A stretch of 63,939 bases of DNA, counting the filler, from Dirinaria sp. TL-2023a (Eukaryota): the NCBI GenBank assembly GCA_051941275.1. It is 40 parts of 40 records of this genome, joined end to end, with 100 filler letters (N's around TTAATTAATTAA, not from the genome) between each part and the next. Parts side by side here need not be neighbours in the genome. Positions count along the whole stretch, not along the records: positions 38,698 to 40,194 come from JAVEBF010002699.1; positions 40,295 to 41,791 come from JAVEBF010002700.1; positions 41,892 to 43,387 come from JAVEBF010002701.1; positions 43,488 to 44,981 come from JAVEBF010002702.1; positions 45,082 to 46,570 come from JAVEBF010002703.1; positions 46,671 to 48,158 come from JAVEBF010002704.1; positions 48,259 to 49,744 come from JAVEBF010002705.1; positions 49,845 to 51,330 come from JAVEBF010002706.1; 32 more parts are not named here. One strand, given 5' to 3'. This document shows, piece by piece, positions 38,598 through 51,430 of this stretch (its first letter is position 1; every line of letters begins with the position of its first letter). Below the pieces are notes generated by a model, which was given only the letters and a program-made list of their open reading frames with translations, did not search any database and had not been told where the DNA came from. The position numbers and the translations under genes are program-made.

Positions 38598-40294
38598 NNN
38601 NNNNNNNNNNNNNNNNNNNNNNNNNNNNNNNNNNNNNNNNNTTAATTAATTAANNNNNNNNNNNNNNNNNNNNNNNNNNNNNNNNNNNNNNNNNNNNGTA
38701 CCGGGACTTTGAAGTGCAAGAACCGAAAACTCGAAATCAAGCTAGTAGCGAGAACATGGTTGCGATTCATTTTCCACCCCGCTTGGAGCCTGGGGAAGTG
38801 AACCATGCAAGACATTTCCAGACGTGCTTTTTTTTTCAATAATTCACCAATGTTGGGATTTAGGAGGGCAACGTTGAAGCAGTTTGCGACCGAGGTAGTC
38901 CGACTGGTTCAGAATCGTCCAAGCTACTTTAGATATTTGAAATTCCCGTCCTAGACACCCAACGAAAAGAGACACTTTGCATGTGTAAAGTGGTGTGCCG
39001 GCTTCTGTCTCCACATCAAGTATGACTGCCGAAAACAATCGCTGGTGTCTTGATATGATCCCAAAGGTCGACAAACAGGCCTTTGCCAGCTGTTACCGCT
39101 GCTGGTGTCATCATAACATCAGGCTGGATGGATCTTGCGATCGAATGGCATCACGGGCTACGGTATAGAAGACGAAGAAAAATTGTTGTTAGTAATACTT
39201 AGATCTCTTTCAGGCTGCACAAGAGGTGAAGCCTGTCTTATTAACAGTAGACGATGATTATATGTCGGCAGTTCGCTACGTTGGCTTGTTCATGCACAGG
39301 TGCCAGAGGTAAACGCTCCTTCGGCGCGGCTCGTGCGTGTGAAAAGCGTTAGCAATTGCGGTATCAGAAGCCGGCTTTGAAAGATTCACTACCAAAAAAG
39401 TAGGCCGACCTGAGATAGTCATAGCCCATATGATCATTGGAGCCCTTACGAAGCTTTCCAATGTGATTCGATCAAAGATGGACCCTTGTTGGCAGTAATT
39501 ACACAGCAAGATGTGCTCTTTCAAGGTCGTGTCAAGTCCTAAATGATGATCCCTTCGCTTGGCTGCTAAGGTCAAAATCGAGCTGGTGTCCTTCTTGTAC
39601 GGGCAAGCAATTGGCGCTCGAGCCACTCCAGTAGCTGAGAGCTGAAAGCAACTTGGAGCTTTTTATGACAGTCACAGAGCTTATATCCCATGATCGACCA
39701 GCTACAACTTCTTGGGAAACAAAAGGGCAATCAGTGATTAGGTAATTCTCAGGAATGCCCTAGCGACCTTCAGTACACGATGAAGACTGGCGTCTCTGTC
39801 CTCAAAACTCCTTCTCAGCGTCTATTGTCTGTGGAGGGTCTGGTCATGCATAGAGCATATGGTGCAGAAGACCTCTGCAATTTTTCTTCGCAATCTATGA
39901 CGTTGTAAGCATTTTAATCCCGCAAATCGAAAAGAAAACCCTAAGCAGTGGTGGAAGTGAAAACAGTCGTTGGAAGCTGCGAGATAAAGACGGTTGCGTG
40001 CCGCGATGCGATTGCTCTGCCGAAACTGCATTCTTTATCGTCGATAGAGTTTCTCGTACGTCTTGCTTCAATACGCAGTGCTCGCGATGTCGTCTGCGGC
40101 TCCCGCTTTTATACTCTTCCTCTCGTGTCTGTCGTGCGAGGATCGACTGAGAAAGGCAATGCAGATGACGACGAGATTTCCATGTGTTGGACATNNNNNN
40201 NNNNNNNNNNNNNNNNNNNNNNNNNNNNNNNNNNNNNNTTAATTAATTAANNNNNNNNNNNNNNNNNNNNNNNNNNNNNNNNNNNNNNNNNNNN

Positions 40295-41111
40295 CCATTC
40301 TCCCTCCCTCGTCTCCAACAAACCTACACCTCGACCCTAGCCCCCGACCTCCTAACCCTCTTTTACCAACACCACCCGCCCGGGCAACTACCCGGACCCT
40401 CTGGCCCCCGCCTGCGAAGCTGGGACGACAGTTCCCCCTACCACAAGAACCGGCCCCTGCGGGGCCCACGAGGCGGATCGCACCGCCTGTCGCTTCTGAC
40501 GCGGAACATCACCTTCCGCAACGTGCCGCGGCTGTCGAAGATCGTGGTGCACAGCTCGAGCTCCGAGGCGGGCGCGGGCGACTCGCGGTACCTGCACGTG
40601 GCGGGCATGGTGCTGCAGAGCATCACCAACGTGAGGGGCGAGGTGTACCGCTCGAAAAAGGACGTCCATGCCTGGGGCCAGCGAGCGGGCCGGCCCATGA
40701 GCATCGTGTGCGAGCTGAGGGGCGAGGATATGTGGGACTTCCTGGCCAAGTGCGTGGAGACGGTGATGCCCCGCGTGAGGGACTGGGTGGGCGTCAGCGG
40801 CGCCAGTGGAGACGGCAACGGGAATCTGGCCTTTGGGTTCGCCAGCGAGGTCGTGGGCAATATGGAGGAGATTGCGGTCAATTTTGATATGTGAGTTTAT
40901 TTATTTTTTTGTATACTCAGTCGGAAAGGGGGAAGAGGAGGGCGGGGATGAGGATATTGCTAACGCAATATTTTAACTGTTTAGGTATCCGCCCAAAATG
41001 ATCCCGGGGATCGACATCGTCGTGTGCACGACCGCGACCAACGACCGGGACGCGAGGCTCCTGCTGAGCGCGCTGGGCGTGCCGTTTCATGGCGAGCATA
41101 AAGATCACTGA
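40295..41111 (+). CDS. MRPL7: Mitochondrial large-subunit ribosomal protein uL5m, 5' truncated, intron 40891..40984
   Basis: LRSWDDSSPYHKNRPLRGPRG...NVPRL...MPRVRDWVGV..SGDGNGNLAFG...NFDM|YPPKMIPG..TTATNDRDARLLLSALGVPF. Confidence 0.93.
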
Positions 41112-41891
41112 GGGGAATGGAATGGAATGGAATGGAATGGGAGAAGGGTGGTTGTACATAACATAAGATATCTTCTATTCTATCCTATACCTACCTTTCG
41201 CAAAAACAAAAAGTCATCTCTACCAACTCAATCTCAATCTCAATTGCAATCAAACTCCATGAAAAACATTTCATGTCCACTCCTTCATATCTTACATTAT
41301 TAGTTTAGAACTTTCTTTAGGAAAACCTTTCCTTTTGAGGAAATTGATTTATTTCATTTTTCGAGCTCCGAGTAAATAAGTGGGTAACCCTCGTACAAGT
41401 ACAGTAGGTACGTTAAAAACACCTCCTTCCCCTTTAATATCCCTCTCCCTAGCTTCCCTCGCTTTCTTTTAGTGCTAGAAAAGGAGGTAGCTAATCGATG
41501 TTCATTTATCAAGATCTCGTATCGTACATATGCCCTGTTTAAAATAAAAGTACACAAACAAATATGGCAGGTATGAGTTCATCTCGACTCTGTGCTGATC
41601 TTGAATAAAGAAAGAAAGAAAGAAAAAAAAGACAATGATTCGAAAGGGGGAATAAAGAAAAAAAAAGGAGAAGGGCAAATATTGATTTTAATTCCATTTT
41701 CGAGTCTGGGTAAATAAATAAATGAGTACGAGTACAGTTACGTTAAAAGCAGTCCTCTTCCTCCCTTCCCCATCCCCTTCCATCTCATGCCNNNNNNNNN
41801 NNNNNNNNNNNNNNNNNNNNNNNNNNNNNNNNNNNTTAATTAATTAANNNNNNNNNNNNNNNNNNNNNNNNNNNNNNNNNNNNNNNNNNNN

Positions 41892-43038
41892 CCGCGATAC
41901 CGCTCGAGATGTGATCAGGCGCATGGGCCTCTTCGACCGCATCCGGGAACAGAGCTCCCACGAGGAAGGCATCATGGCCGTCGACGGCAACAACCGGTGC
42001 CTTGGGCGGTTTGGTGTCGACGAATCCGGCAAGGGCGACAGTTTTACCTGCGACATTGAGATCCTCAGAGGAGAGTTGGCAGGGATCCTCGTCGATGTCA
42101 CCAAGGACGACGTCTCCTACATCTTCGGCGACATGGTCGAGAGCATGCAAGAAACCGACAAAGAAGTCATCGCGAACTTTGCCAACGGCACATCGAGCAC
42201 GGCTTTCGACTTGGTGGTCGCGGCAGATGGCCTTGGCTCGAAAATCCGTCGCCTCGCTTTCGGCAATTCGAAATCCCACATCAGAGATCTGGACTCTTAC
42301 ATCTCGTACTTCTCCATTCCACCCGGCGACACAGACTCGATGTGGGCGAGAGTCCATTGGGTCAAAGGAGGTCGAACCATATCGCTGCGACCAGACAACG
42401 TAGGCCGGACCAGGGCTTTCATGGGCGTGACAGCCTGGGACAAGTCCGACGAACGACTCGCTCGGCTCGCAAAGGCTTTGAAACAGGGCATCCCGGCGCA
42501 AAAGGCCTTGCTCCAGGAACTCTTCCAAGACGCCGGCTGGGAGATCCCCCGGATATTGCAGGGCATGCACGAGTCCGACGACCTTTACATGCAACACATT
42601 GCACAGGTGCGACTGGATCGCTGGTCGAGCAGCAGCGGTCGCGTGACCGTGGTCGGGGATGCGGGCTATGCCGTCTCGCCCTTCGCAGGCATGGGCACCT
42701 CGGTCGCGTTCATCGGCGCGTACATCCTCGCCGGCGAGATCTCGCAGCAGCCGCACAACATCCCCGCGGCGCTAGAGTCGTACGAGCGCATCCTGCGCCC
42801 GTACGTGCAGAGCATCCAGAAGCTGCCCCCGGGCATCCCCTGGCTCGTCAACCCGCAAACGACGACGGGCATCCGGGTGTTGGAAACGTGTATCTGGGGC
42901 CTGGGCCTGCTGGCGGGGACGAGGCTTGCCGCTGTGCTCTCGAAACTGGTCGAGTATCTTCCGAGACCGGGGAACCGGTTCAAGCTGCCGGAATATGAGG
43001 CGTTCAAAAGCAGTAGGTTTTTATCAAATCATACATAA
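41892..43038 (+). CDS. FAD-dependent monooxygenase (FAD_binding_3 type), 5' truncated
   Basis: EILRGEL, FDLVVAADGLGSKIR (DG motif) and GRVTVVGDAGY..SPFAGMGTS (GD motif). Confidence 0.93.
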
Positions 43039-43960
43039 TGTTGTATATATATACCGCCATATCTAATACCACTTATTCATAAATACTAAACACATCAAAT
43101 CCAGTAATGAGGAACAAATATGTAAATGAAAGCTCGTCATTGCCCCCCTCTCCGCTTAGACATCCCCGTAGCACAGCGCTTCACTACCTTAGATATCCAG
43201 CCAGCTGGACAAAACCATACATATTTATAAGATACATGTATAGTATAGTGTACGGATTCCGGCTAAAACCGGCCCTTCCATCGTCCCAAAGGGACAAAAA
43301 AAAAAACAGTGTAAGACTAGATTCATGTATCCATCCGATGATGAGATGTAAATGTAAATTTATTACTAAATTAGAACTGCGCTATCTNNNNNNNNNNNNN
43401 NNNNNNNNNNNNNNNNNNNNNNNNNNNNNNNTTAATTAATTAANNNNNNNNNNNNNNNNNNNNNNNNNNNNNNNNNNNNNNNNNNNNTTTAATCATTTTC
43501 ACATCACAGCTCGTCACGAGACAGACGTTATTAATGAGCTTCTCTCTCGATCGATACAAGATCGTACAATCTTGAGATACAAAAGAACACAGATTCTTGA
43601 TAATTTATCGACGTTTCTCATTAGATACGACTTTATTCAAGATCATCGTTCGCGCAAAGCGATCTCGTTTCGATATCATCTGTGATAAAATCTTCAGAAG
43701 ATCGATCTTTTCATCATTCTCGAATCGTTTTTTTCTTCGCGTCATGATCTTTCAGTCTCTTCGATTGTGAATTTATTCAATCTTGTATCTCTGCAAGCTT
43801 TTCTCAGTGAGGCTAACGCGATAAACTCGAGTTTTGTTCTGAGCAGTTTTGATTTGTGAAGCAGAAACATGCTCGATTTAAAGTCGATAAATTTAATTCT
43901 TCAGTCTTAAAAGTTGTCAATCTCGCTTGATCGCAGTTTTTTTTTCGACTGAAAGACTGC

Positions 43961-44090
43961 TGTTACGACCCTGGAACACCTAAGTAGTAAGATAGGCACC
44001 AAGTCCCTTGACTTGGTTTAGTTAGTCTTTTGGCGCTGCCGGGACTTTTATCATTGGGAAACCTATCTAACCAAGGTTGGGTCTTTGACA
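43961..44090 (+). mobile_element. Solo LTR of the TRIM family with 5-bp TSD ACTGC, inside an older mutated repeat
   Basis: ACTGC at 43956..43960 and 44091..44095. Confidence 0.95.
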
Positions 44091-44537
44091 ACTGCTTGAG
44101 AGATTTTTCTCGCGAGAGTTTGCAAAGAATTGAAAGTAATCGATATAATCGTGCTGAGTAAATTCATTCAAGAATGTCGATCTTTCATTTACAGACGAGA
44201 TGTTCGTCACATAGTTTTGATCATAGACTCGAGTATCGATCTGCGTTATATGCTGAGATCGTTCAATCTCGATGTATCTTTTTATATAACTCTGTCGTCA
44301 GCGAGAGCTGATTCGAAATTGCTTTGTAATTAAGATAACTGATCATTGATCTTTTTATCGAGATAACGACGTATAGCATAAACTATAACATTGTCAAAGT
44401 ATCTCGAGAAGTTCAACACGAATTTGATGATACAATCAAATGTTATCTTCGACAGTGTGAGGTGAAGGGCCTCGTTTAGAGGAGCTGCGTAGTAGAAACG
44501 AAGCTGCAGACTAGGCAAAGACACACCGCGTGAACGC

Positions 44538-44949
44538 TGTAACAGTGATATCTGATACATTGATATATATTGACCAATGCAGACTAGCGCCGCTTGACAG
44601 CCGGGGGTGCTCAGAGGCAATCCTTCGGGGTCTGAAGCATGGCTAGCGCCGTCTAGAAGTCAGCGTCGAAAGATTGAATTTCGAGACTAATTAGAAGTCA
44701 GTGAGCGATTGACGTTTATAGAGCATTATGCTTACGAGCGCTCGTGATTCGCCAGCGCGAGACTCGTCACGGTGAGGCAATGTTAACGCTCGCGATTAAG
44801 TATAAAGAATCACTCATCTTTTCGAAGAAGATTCTTAGTGATTAGTTTTAGCAGAAACTACAGTATCAGGTAGTCATATAATCTATTACACTGCCACGTC
44901 TTTTACATAAGTACTGCGCCGGCGGATAACCGACGCATACGATCTTACA
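44538..44949 (+). mobile_element. LTR family B (412 bp), second full copy
   Basis: Colinear with 3454..3865. It is preceded by another TG-starting GC-richer fragment from about 44456. Confidence 0.92.
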
Positions 44950-45081
44950 AATCGGGACTATGTTCAATGCTTTGCATACTTNNNNNNNNNNNNNNNNNNN
45001 NNNNNNNNNNNNNNNNNNNNNNNNNTTAATTAATTAANNNNNNNNNNNNNNNNNNNNNNNNNNNNNNNNNNNNNNNNNNNN

Positions 45082-45586
45082 CTCCTCCCCCAGCTGCCAG
45101 CGGCTGCCCATTCTTATCCTTCAGCCACCCTCTATTCCTCTCAACCCACCGCTCCTCATACCCCGGTTTCCCATCCGGCGCCGGTCCACGAACCCCTCTC
45201 GCCTCCGCCTGCTCCAAATACCCGCCTGGGCCGTGTAGGGCAGCGTAGAGATCCGCCTCGGGACAATTGAAAGCGAAGCTAGAAACAGGTTTCCTTCCTT
45301 GGGGTCGTCGTGGTCCGGGACTGATGGGCGCGGCGAGGGGGGCGAGGTACCCGAATTGAAGCATCATGCGCAGCCAGTTTGCTTCCCAGTGCGGGCTCCC
45401 GTCCGGCGCAGGCCCAGGGATACCGCGCCGGGACGCTTGTTCGACGTACCCGCCCGGGCTGTATAGTTGGGTGTAGAGTTCTTGCCGGGGAAGGTCTGGG
45501 AGGTTGTCGAAGTAGGCGGCGCCGGGGGCAGCACCATAGGGGTTAAATGCGTAGGCGCCAGGGTAAAGGTTGACGGGCGGCGGCAT
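45082..45586 (-). CDS. Hypothetical protein with a duplicated ~40-aa module, 3' truncated
   Basis: GC-rich ORF starting MPPPVNLYP with a clear internal protein repeat. Confidence 0.75.
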
Positions 45587-46670
45587 GCTGATGGAAGTCG
45601 AGTTGTGGAAGGGTTTTTGAGGATGTTTTATTTAGATCACGAGAGATGCTGAGAATTAGAGGTAGAAGATCCGGTAAATTTGGTGTGAAAGGAAGAGGGA
45701 GAAAGGAAGTAAGATACTGTTTTAAGTAACAGACATTGCTGGTGAAAGGAAGTATATGAGAAATAGCACCGTCTACTAACTGACTCACTTGCTTTTCAAA
45801 GAGAGGAAGAAGACGCATGGAGTGGTGTATTGACCTCGGAGTCTTACCTTAAGACTTCATTCAACATGATCTCGACTTCAAGGAACGACTCATTTCTGAT
45901 AGTCTCGCTGCAACATTGACTCATGAAGCCCCAGGGAAAAGCCATACCCGGCATCTTTCTCGACCCAACTCTACGAAAGCCACAATTTTCCTGCTCAGTG
46001 CGCAAGTGCTAAGCAGCGAGGATTCGTGGCGGCTTGATTGAATCCATAGCCCACTTCTGTGCAGGCATTCTGTTCCTACTGTAGCTATGAGCAAGCTCGT
46101 CAATGAAAAATGTAAAAACAAGAGAATATTTAGAGCATTAGCTGCTGCGTCTTGGATTCACACATATTTCGTCCTCTATGGATTTGGCAATCCCTGACAA
46201 CATATGCAGGCATGATAGAAGCTCACATAGGAGTTGCTTTTTAGATGTTGGTGGTTCTGCAGGTCCAACATTCCTTTATATTCCATGATCTAAGTACCAG
46301 ACTTTTCGTTAGATAGTCTTTACAAACCCAATTAGCCCGGTGAGATGGATTACATCCTATATCAACACTACTGACACCAGTGTATCCAAAACGCTGCCAC
46401 TTTGTAAGGCGTTGTGCGAAGATAAGACACAACCTCCAATGTTAATACGACATCTGTCATTATCGCTACCCGCTTCAATATATGAAAGGAAGTTACCTAA
46501 ACACACGACTGACGATAACAGCCTTTTGACCAGTAGATCCCAGACAACGCGTGATCCTCATGGGGGTCAANNNNNNNNNNNNNNNNNNNNNNNNNNNNNN
46601 NNNNNNNNNNNNNNTTAATTAATTAANNNNNNNNNNNNNNNNNNNNNNNNNNNNNNNNNNNNNNNNNNNN

Positions 46671-46718
46671 GTTCGGGGTAATACCCAATGGCGGCGGTAT
46701 GGCTGGCACTTGAGCCAT
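46671..46718 (-). CDS. Probable N-terminus of a Pth11-like membrane protein
   Basis: MAQVPAIPPPLGITPN resembles the PPPPG-x-x-PNF start typical of this family. Only 16 codons are visible. Confidence 0.5.
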
Positions 46719-47534
46719 AGCAGCAGGTTTCGTTTGAAGCTCAAAGCCATGAAGACATCCGCGTGACTATCTATATATGAATGACACTGTCGCACAAGAG
46801 AGGGCTATGCGCGGCACCGCCTGGTGCTCAATGCCAGAATGACGTACTTAAAGAGATTATGCCGGTATATATCGAGCAAGGCTATCACAGTGTGGCCGAA
46901 TGCAGCCAATAGCAGAGTTCCAGGTCATGGATGGTTTTCGTTGCAAGCATAGCGGATTTTGAGCCAGCCTTAGAGACAGCCTAGCATGGCTCTTTTCAGG
47001 TTGTAAGGTCCACACCACAGGCTGTGTAGAAGCCACATAAAAATTTGACTGCACAATTTGATCCATGAAATATTTCAGCTTGACGAGTGAACTATCAAGT
47101 CTCAGTAGACGACAGAGTATGGCTTCGAAATAGCGGCCAACTCCATCGCACATGTTTATTGAATCTCGACTTTCAGTGCTATAGCTAAACAGATCAGCCG
47201 ATATGCGACCACACGCGGATTTCGAGGCTGGTGTGGTGGAAGCAGCAACGTTCTTCGAGTACTAGAACATCATCCCCGAGGCCGGATATGCAGTCTTCGC
47301 CAAGCCGTTGTTGCCCCTTTTTTTACAGATACCCAAGATCCCTCCGACCTTTTCCCGGACGAGTCTAACTTGATCAGGAAATTGAAGTCCGCAGGCGGGG
47401 CCATGGCAGCCTCTTATCAAACAAGTCAGTGACGCCTCTTTGTTTTTTGACCGGACTCGATGCTGCTCAGCAAAGTCGTTACATCGTTTCCTTGCAAAAA
47501 GTTGGCCAGGTATCAAGCAAGACAGGTGTCGAAG

Positions 47535-48158
47535 ATGGCGCAGGAGCATACCAAGCGCTTCGCACCGCTCAATCCATCTCGCAATAATGAATCTCAGGCT
47601 CCACTTCTCAAAGGCATCATCTTTGATGTAGACGGCACTCTATGGTAAGTGGTCGTATCTGTCACTGATAATGACCTGGAACAAATAGCACTTTGTCATT
47701 CATTGTTCAGAGCATGTAATATGTTCGAATCAATTGTATTCAAAAGATGATTTACGGTTTGGTTACACAATCTGAATCAGAATTCGTGTTTCCAAGAATC
47801 CGTTCATAATCAGCTCAATATCTTTTACTAGTCTTTGAAAGAGGACGATGACACCGCCCTGACACCTCATCTTCTAGCAAACCTCAATCGTACATGTTCA
47901 AAGAAATGAGGTTCTCCTTCCTGTCCTTCCATGACCTTTGAACCCTTAACCAAACCAAAAATCTTATCAAAGCGAGCTAATTCCTCCTCCTCCACCTAAG
48001 ATCGGCGCTATCAATATCACACCAAACCGACATCCTCGACCACATCTACGCCCTGCCTCAGCCCCAGCAGACAGAAGCACTAGCCACAATCCGAGCCATC
48101 GAATCCACCGCCATGCTATCTCAAGAAGCGCAACCCGGCCTCCTCGAACTGATCGAGT
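47535..48158 (+). CDS. HAD-superfamily hydrolase, 3' truncated, introns 47645..47877 and 47911..48000
   Basis: LKGIIFDVDGTL (DxDGT), then C|KPQSYMFKEMR|SAL..DILDHI...IRAIE..AM..QPGL. Confidence 0.9.
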
Positions 48159-48258
48159 NNNNNNNNNNNNNNNNNNNNNNNNNNNNNNNNNNNNNNNNNN
48201 NNTTAATTAATTAANNNNNNNNNNNNNNNNNNNNNNNNNNNNNNNNNNNNNNNNNNNN

Positions 48259-48659
48259 TGTTCGCGTACAAATTCCGCCCAACAGAAATGTTGCAGCCAT
48301 ACATGACGGAGAAAGGCATTACAATCCTCGGATTCTCTTGAACGTCTCCCAGCAAGGACTGGAGTAATTCCCTGCGCGTCCGGAGAAGAACATCGTCAGT
48401 CAGGTTTTTGTCCTCGCTCCAGGGACCGGTGTTGTTGTATTGATAGCAGAGGCCTGACGCCCGCTGTTGACCCCTTTGCAGTTCCGGAGATTTCCATGAT
48501 CGAAATCTAGTGTTGTTAGGAGCTTGCGACAGCGAATCTTTCCAGACCAGAGACGCACGGCATACCCGAGATCATCCTCTCATACTCCTCACACAGCGGA
48601 ACGTCTTTGAGGGTGCGGCTGCGCTCAATTGCCTCGACATTTTTCTGACTGACTGCCAT
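48259..48659 (-). CDS. Maltose/galactoside O-acetyltransferase-like protein, 3' truncated, intron 48507..48558
   Basis: MAVSQKN...VPLCEEYERMISGM|..RRELLQSLLG...PFSVMYGCNISVGRNLYAN (Mac domain followed by the start of the left-handed beta-helix). Confidence 0.88.
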
Positions 48660-50284
48660 CTCAGGTATTGGAAGAGTTGGTCATACAATGAGAATATTTG
48701 ATGAAAAGCATAGGAGACATGTAAGTACATTTAGATCGAAAAAGCTACTGCGAGTGCGTGTATGATTGACATTTAGTTTCAAGCTTTATGATTAGTAGTT
48801 TGAAGAGCACCAGTAAATGTTCAACCGAGCATATACGCGAGCCTACATAGCTCGCTGGTCCAGAGTCCATGACGTCATCCGTAAAGTTGCTTCGCTCGCG
48901 GGATAAAATCTGTGTTATCACACTTGGACTGACCTTCTCTTCAAAAGATCCTCGCGTCTTAGGGATAAGAATTTAGTACCTGAAAGTCCTACGACATAGG
49001 AAATGATCTATCATATGGAGCTATAATTATTCGTATAAGTTGTTGCGATAAACATACGCTGTCACACAATAATTATGAGAAGTCGACCATAGAAAGAAAA
49101 GATTGATATGGCGGTTGAGATCGATTTTGACAACAATTCATACTTATCTCGAGAGATTGACGACTGACAAGACAGCGACTCTTTCGTGGATAATCAACAC
49201 TTGAAGCGCAACACTCTCCACGAATGATGTCAGTCTGCAAGAGATCTCCTTTGGCCCCGTATCCTTGGATGATAAGATGCTATACAAGGACGTCCATTTA
49301 CCTCTGGGAGGCATCTATGAAGTTTTCTGTAGTTTGGCATCATCAATGCTCATTTCCTCGTCATCCCTGTTTTAATTACAACAATCTTCGTATTGCTCGT
49401 CGTACTGTCTGTCATACTGCTTATCGCACTGCTTATCATGCGAAATATCACGCGACCAACCTTACTGTCTTTCAAACTGTTGATCATTCTGTCTGCTTCC
49501 CAAGTTTATCAATACTTTTGTTACAATTTGATATGCATGACTAGTCAATTAGTGTAGCATTATCTATTAGGTAAAGTGCATGCATCTCGTCAAGTAACTC
49601 CCCACTCTACTATTGAAATCCTTCAGCAACATCAAACTTGTCTAGCAAGTATCTCGCCCCTGTTGGACGAACAGCATATTAGCGATTGCAATTCGGGCAT
49701 CTCTCGGTTTTGAGATGCTTGCTCCCACATACTTTCCCGTCCTTNNNNNNNNNNNNNNNNNNNNNNNNNNNNNNNNNNNNNNNNNNNNTTAATTAATTAA
49801 NNNNNNNNNNNNNNNNNNNNNNNNNNNNNNNNNNNNNNNNNNNNTCGCATATATTGCCTTTTTTTTTAAATCGGTTTTGAAAGATTATGCATCATTTCAT
49901 GAAATCTGGGTTGCTTGGTGTGGTGACTTAGGTGCCGTTGATGTTGAGCTACGAGAGATCTGAGGTAGTAGGAGAGATCCTAAGAGGTAGGGGGTTTGAC
50001 TGGCATCATCGTGCTTGCCTCAGGTCCCAGAACATAAGTAACTCGCACATCCTTTCACAGCACCTACTACACACACAGCAATACCTTAGCAGGCAAAACG
50101 ATCGAGAAGAAACAGCAGCAGCTAAAAAAAGCCCTTGATTTTCAATTCCGCAACTTTTGCAACTATCTATGGGCTAAAATCTCCCTGGGCTTGCCTTTTT
50201 TTTTATCTAATCTAAGCTCCGTCTCTGCACTGCAACCTACAAACCACCACATTTCCTACATCTCCCCCACAGATCCGACCGACT

Positions 50285-51330
50285 TTATGAAGAAGGATGA
50301 CCACTGGGGACAGGGCTGCCCTTGCCATGTTCACAGCCACAGTGTCCATGCTCGTCGCAGATCTGGGGACAGAATCTGTCGTTTGCGGGCTCAGCGGCTG
50401 TTTCCTTTGCGTGGGGTACGTCGATGGTCCCCGTGGTGCCATGATGTTGCGGCTTGTCTCCAGAAGGAGGTGGAGGGCCGGCAGCTATAGGGAATGTAAG
50501 TTGATGTCTTGATACCGGCTTTGATTTAGGGGGATAGCCTCCTGGGAGCAGAGCACAGAAGCTTTCGGGTGGACTTACGAGGACAGTTTATGCCTGGAGA
50601 ACAATGCACGGGTGGAAATTCTTTAGAGGGAGCAGCTTGAGAGTGGTCGACCGGCGCAGGTGCCTCTGGGTAAGGAGCGAACGCGTAGGAGGCCGCGGGA
50701 TGCGGCGCTTCCGCAGTGGACGCCTTAGGGTGAGGAACGGCCGGAGTTGGCGCCTTGGGGTGAGGAACAACCGCAGTAGGCCCTTCAGGATGAGGAACGA
50801 CCGGAGGCGGATGTTTAGGATGGTGGAAACCCGCAGTAGGCCCCTCAGGGCGAGGGATGACCCCAGTAGGTACTTTTGGATGATGGAAACCCGCACTAGG
50901 GCCCCCATGATGAGGGAAGACCGGAGACGGCACTTTAGGATGATGAAAACCCGCACTTGGTTCCTTGGGGTGAGGAAAAGCCGGAGTTGGCGCTTGAGGG
51001 TGGTGGAAACCAGCACTAGGTTCCTTGGGGTGAGGAACGACCGAAGGTGGCACTTTAGGATGATGAAAACCCACACTTGGTTCCTTGGGGTGGGGAAAAA
51101 CCGGAGTTGGCGCTTGAGGATGGTGGAAACCGGCAGTAGGACCCTCGGGGTAAGGAATGACCGTAAAAGGCACTTTTGGATGGTGAACTCCCGCAGTAGG
51201 CTCCTTGGGGTGAGGAGCGACCGGAGTAGGCACTTTGGGGTGGTGGAAGCCTGCAGTAGGACCCTCGGGGTAAGGAATGACCGTAAAAGGCACTTTTGGA
51301 TGGTGAACTCCCGCAGTAGGCCCCTCAGGG
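50285..51330 (-). CDS. His/Pro-rich tandem-repeat protein with Cys/His C-terminus, 5' truncated, intron 50485..50578
   Basis: 30/60-nt tandem units encode PKVPxxVxPH / PEGPTAGFHH. A GTAAGT..TAG intron joins them to ...FCPQICDEHGHCGCEHGKGSPVPSGHPSS*. Confidence 0.8.
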
Positions 51331-51430
51331 NNNNNNNNNNNNNNNNNNNNNNNNNNNNNNNNNNNNNNNNNNNNTTAATTAATTAANNNNNNNNNNNNNN
51401 NNNNNNNNNNNNNNNNNNNNNNNNNNNNNN

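Noticed and set aside
46671..46718. Being the 5' end of the Pth11-like gene at 8724..9608
   Set aside because: The family is large in these fungi, and nothing in the sequence links the two contigs.
50588..51386. Arg-rich ORFs in other frames or on the other strand of the His/Pro repeat
   Set aside because: They are by-products of a stop-poor 30-nt repeat. Only the minus-strand Pro/His frame has a coherent intron and terminal exon.
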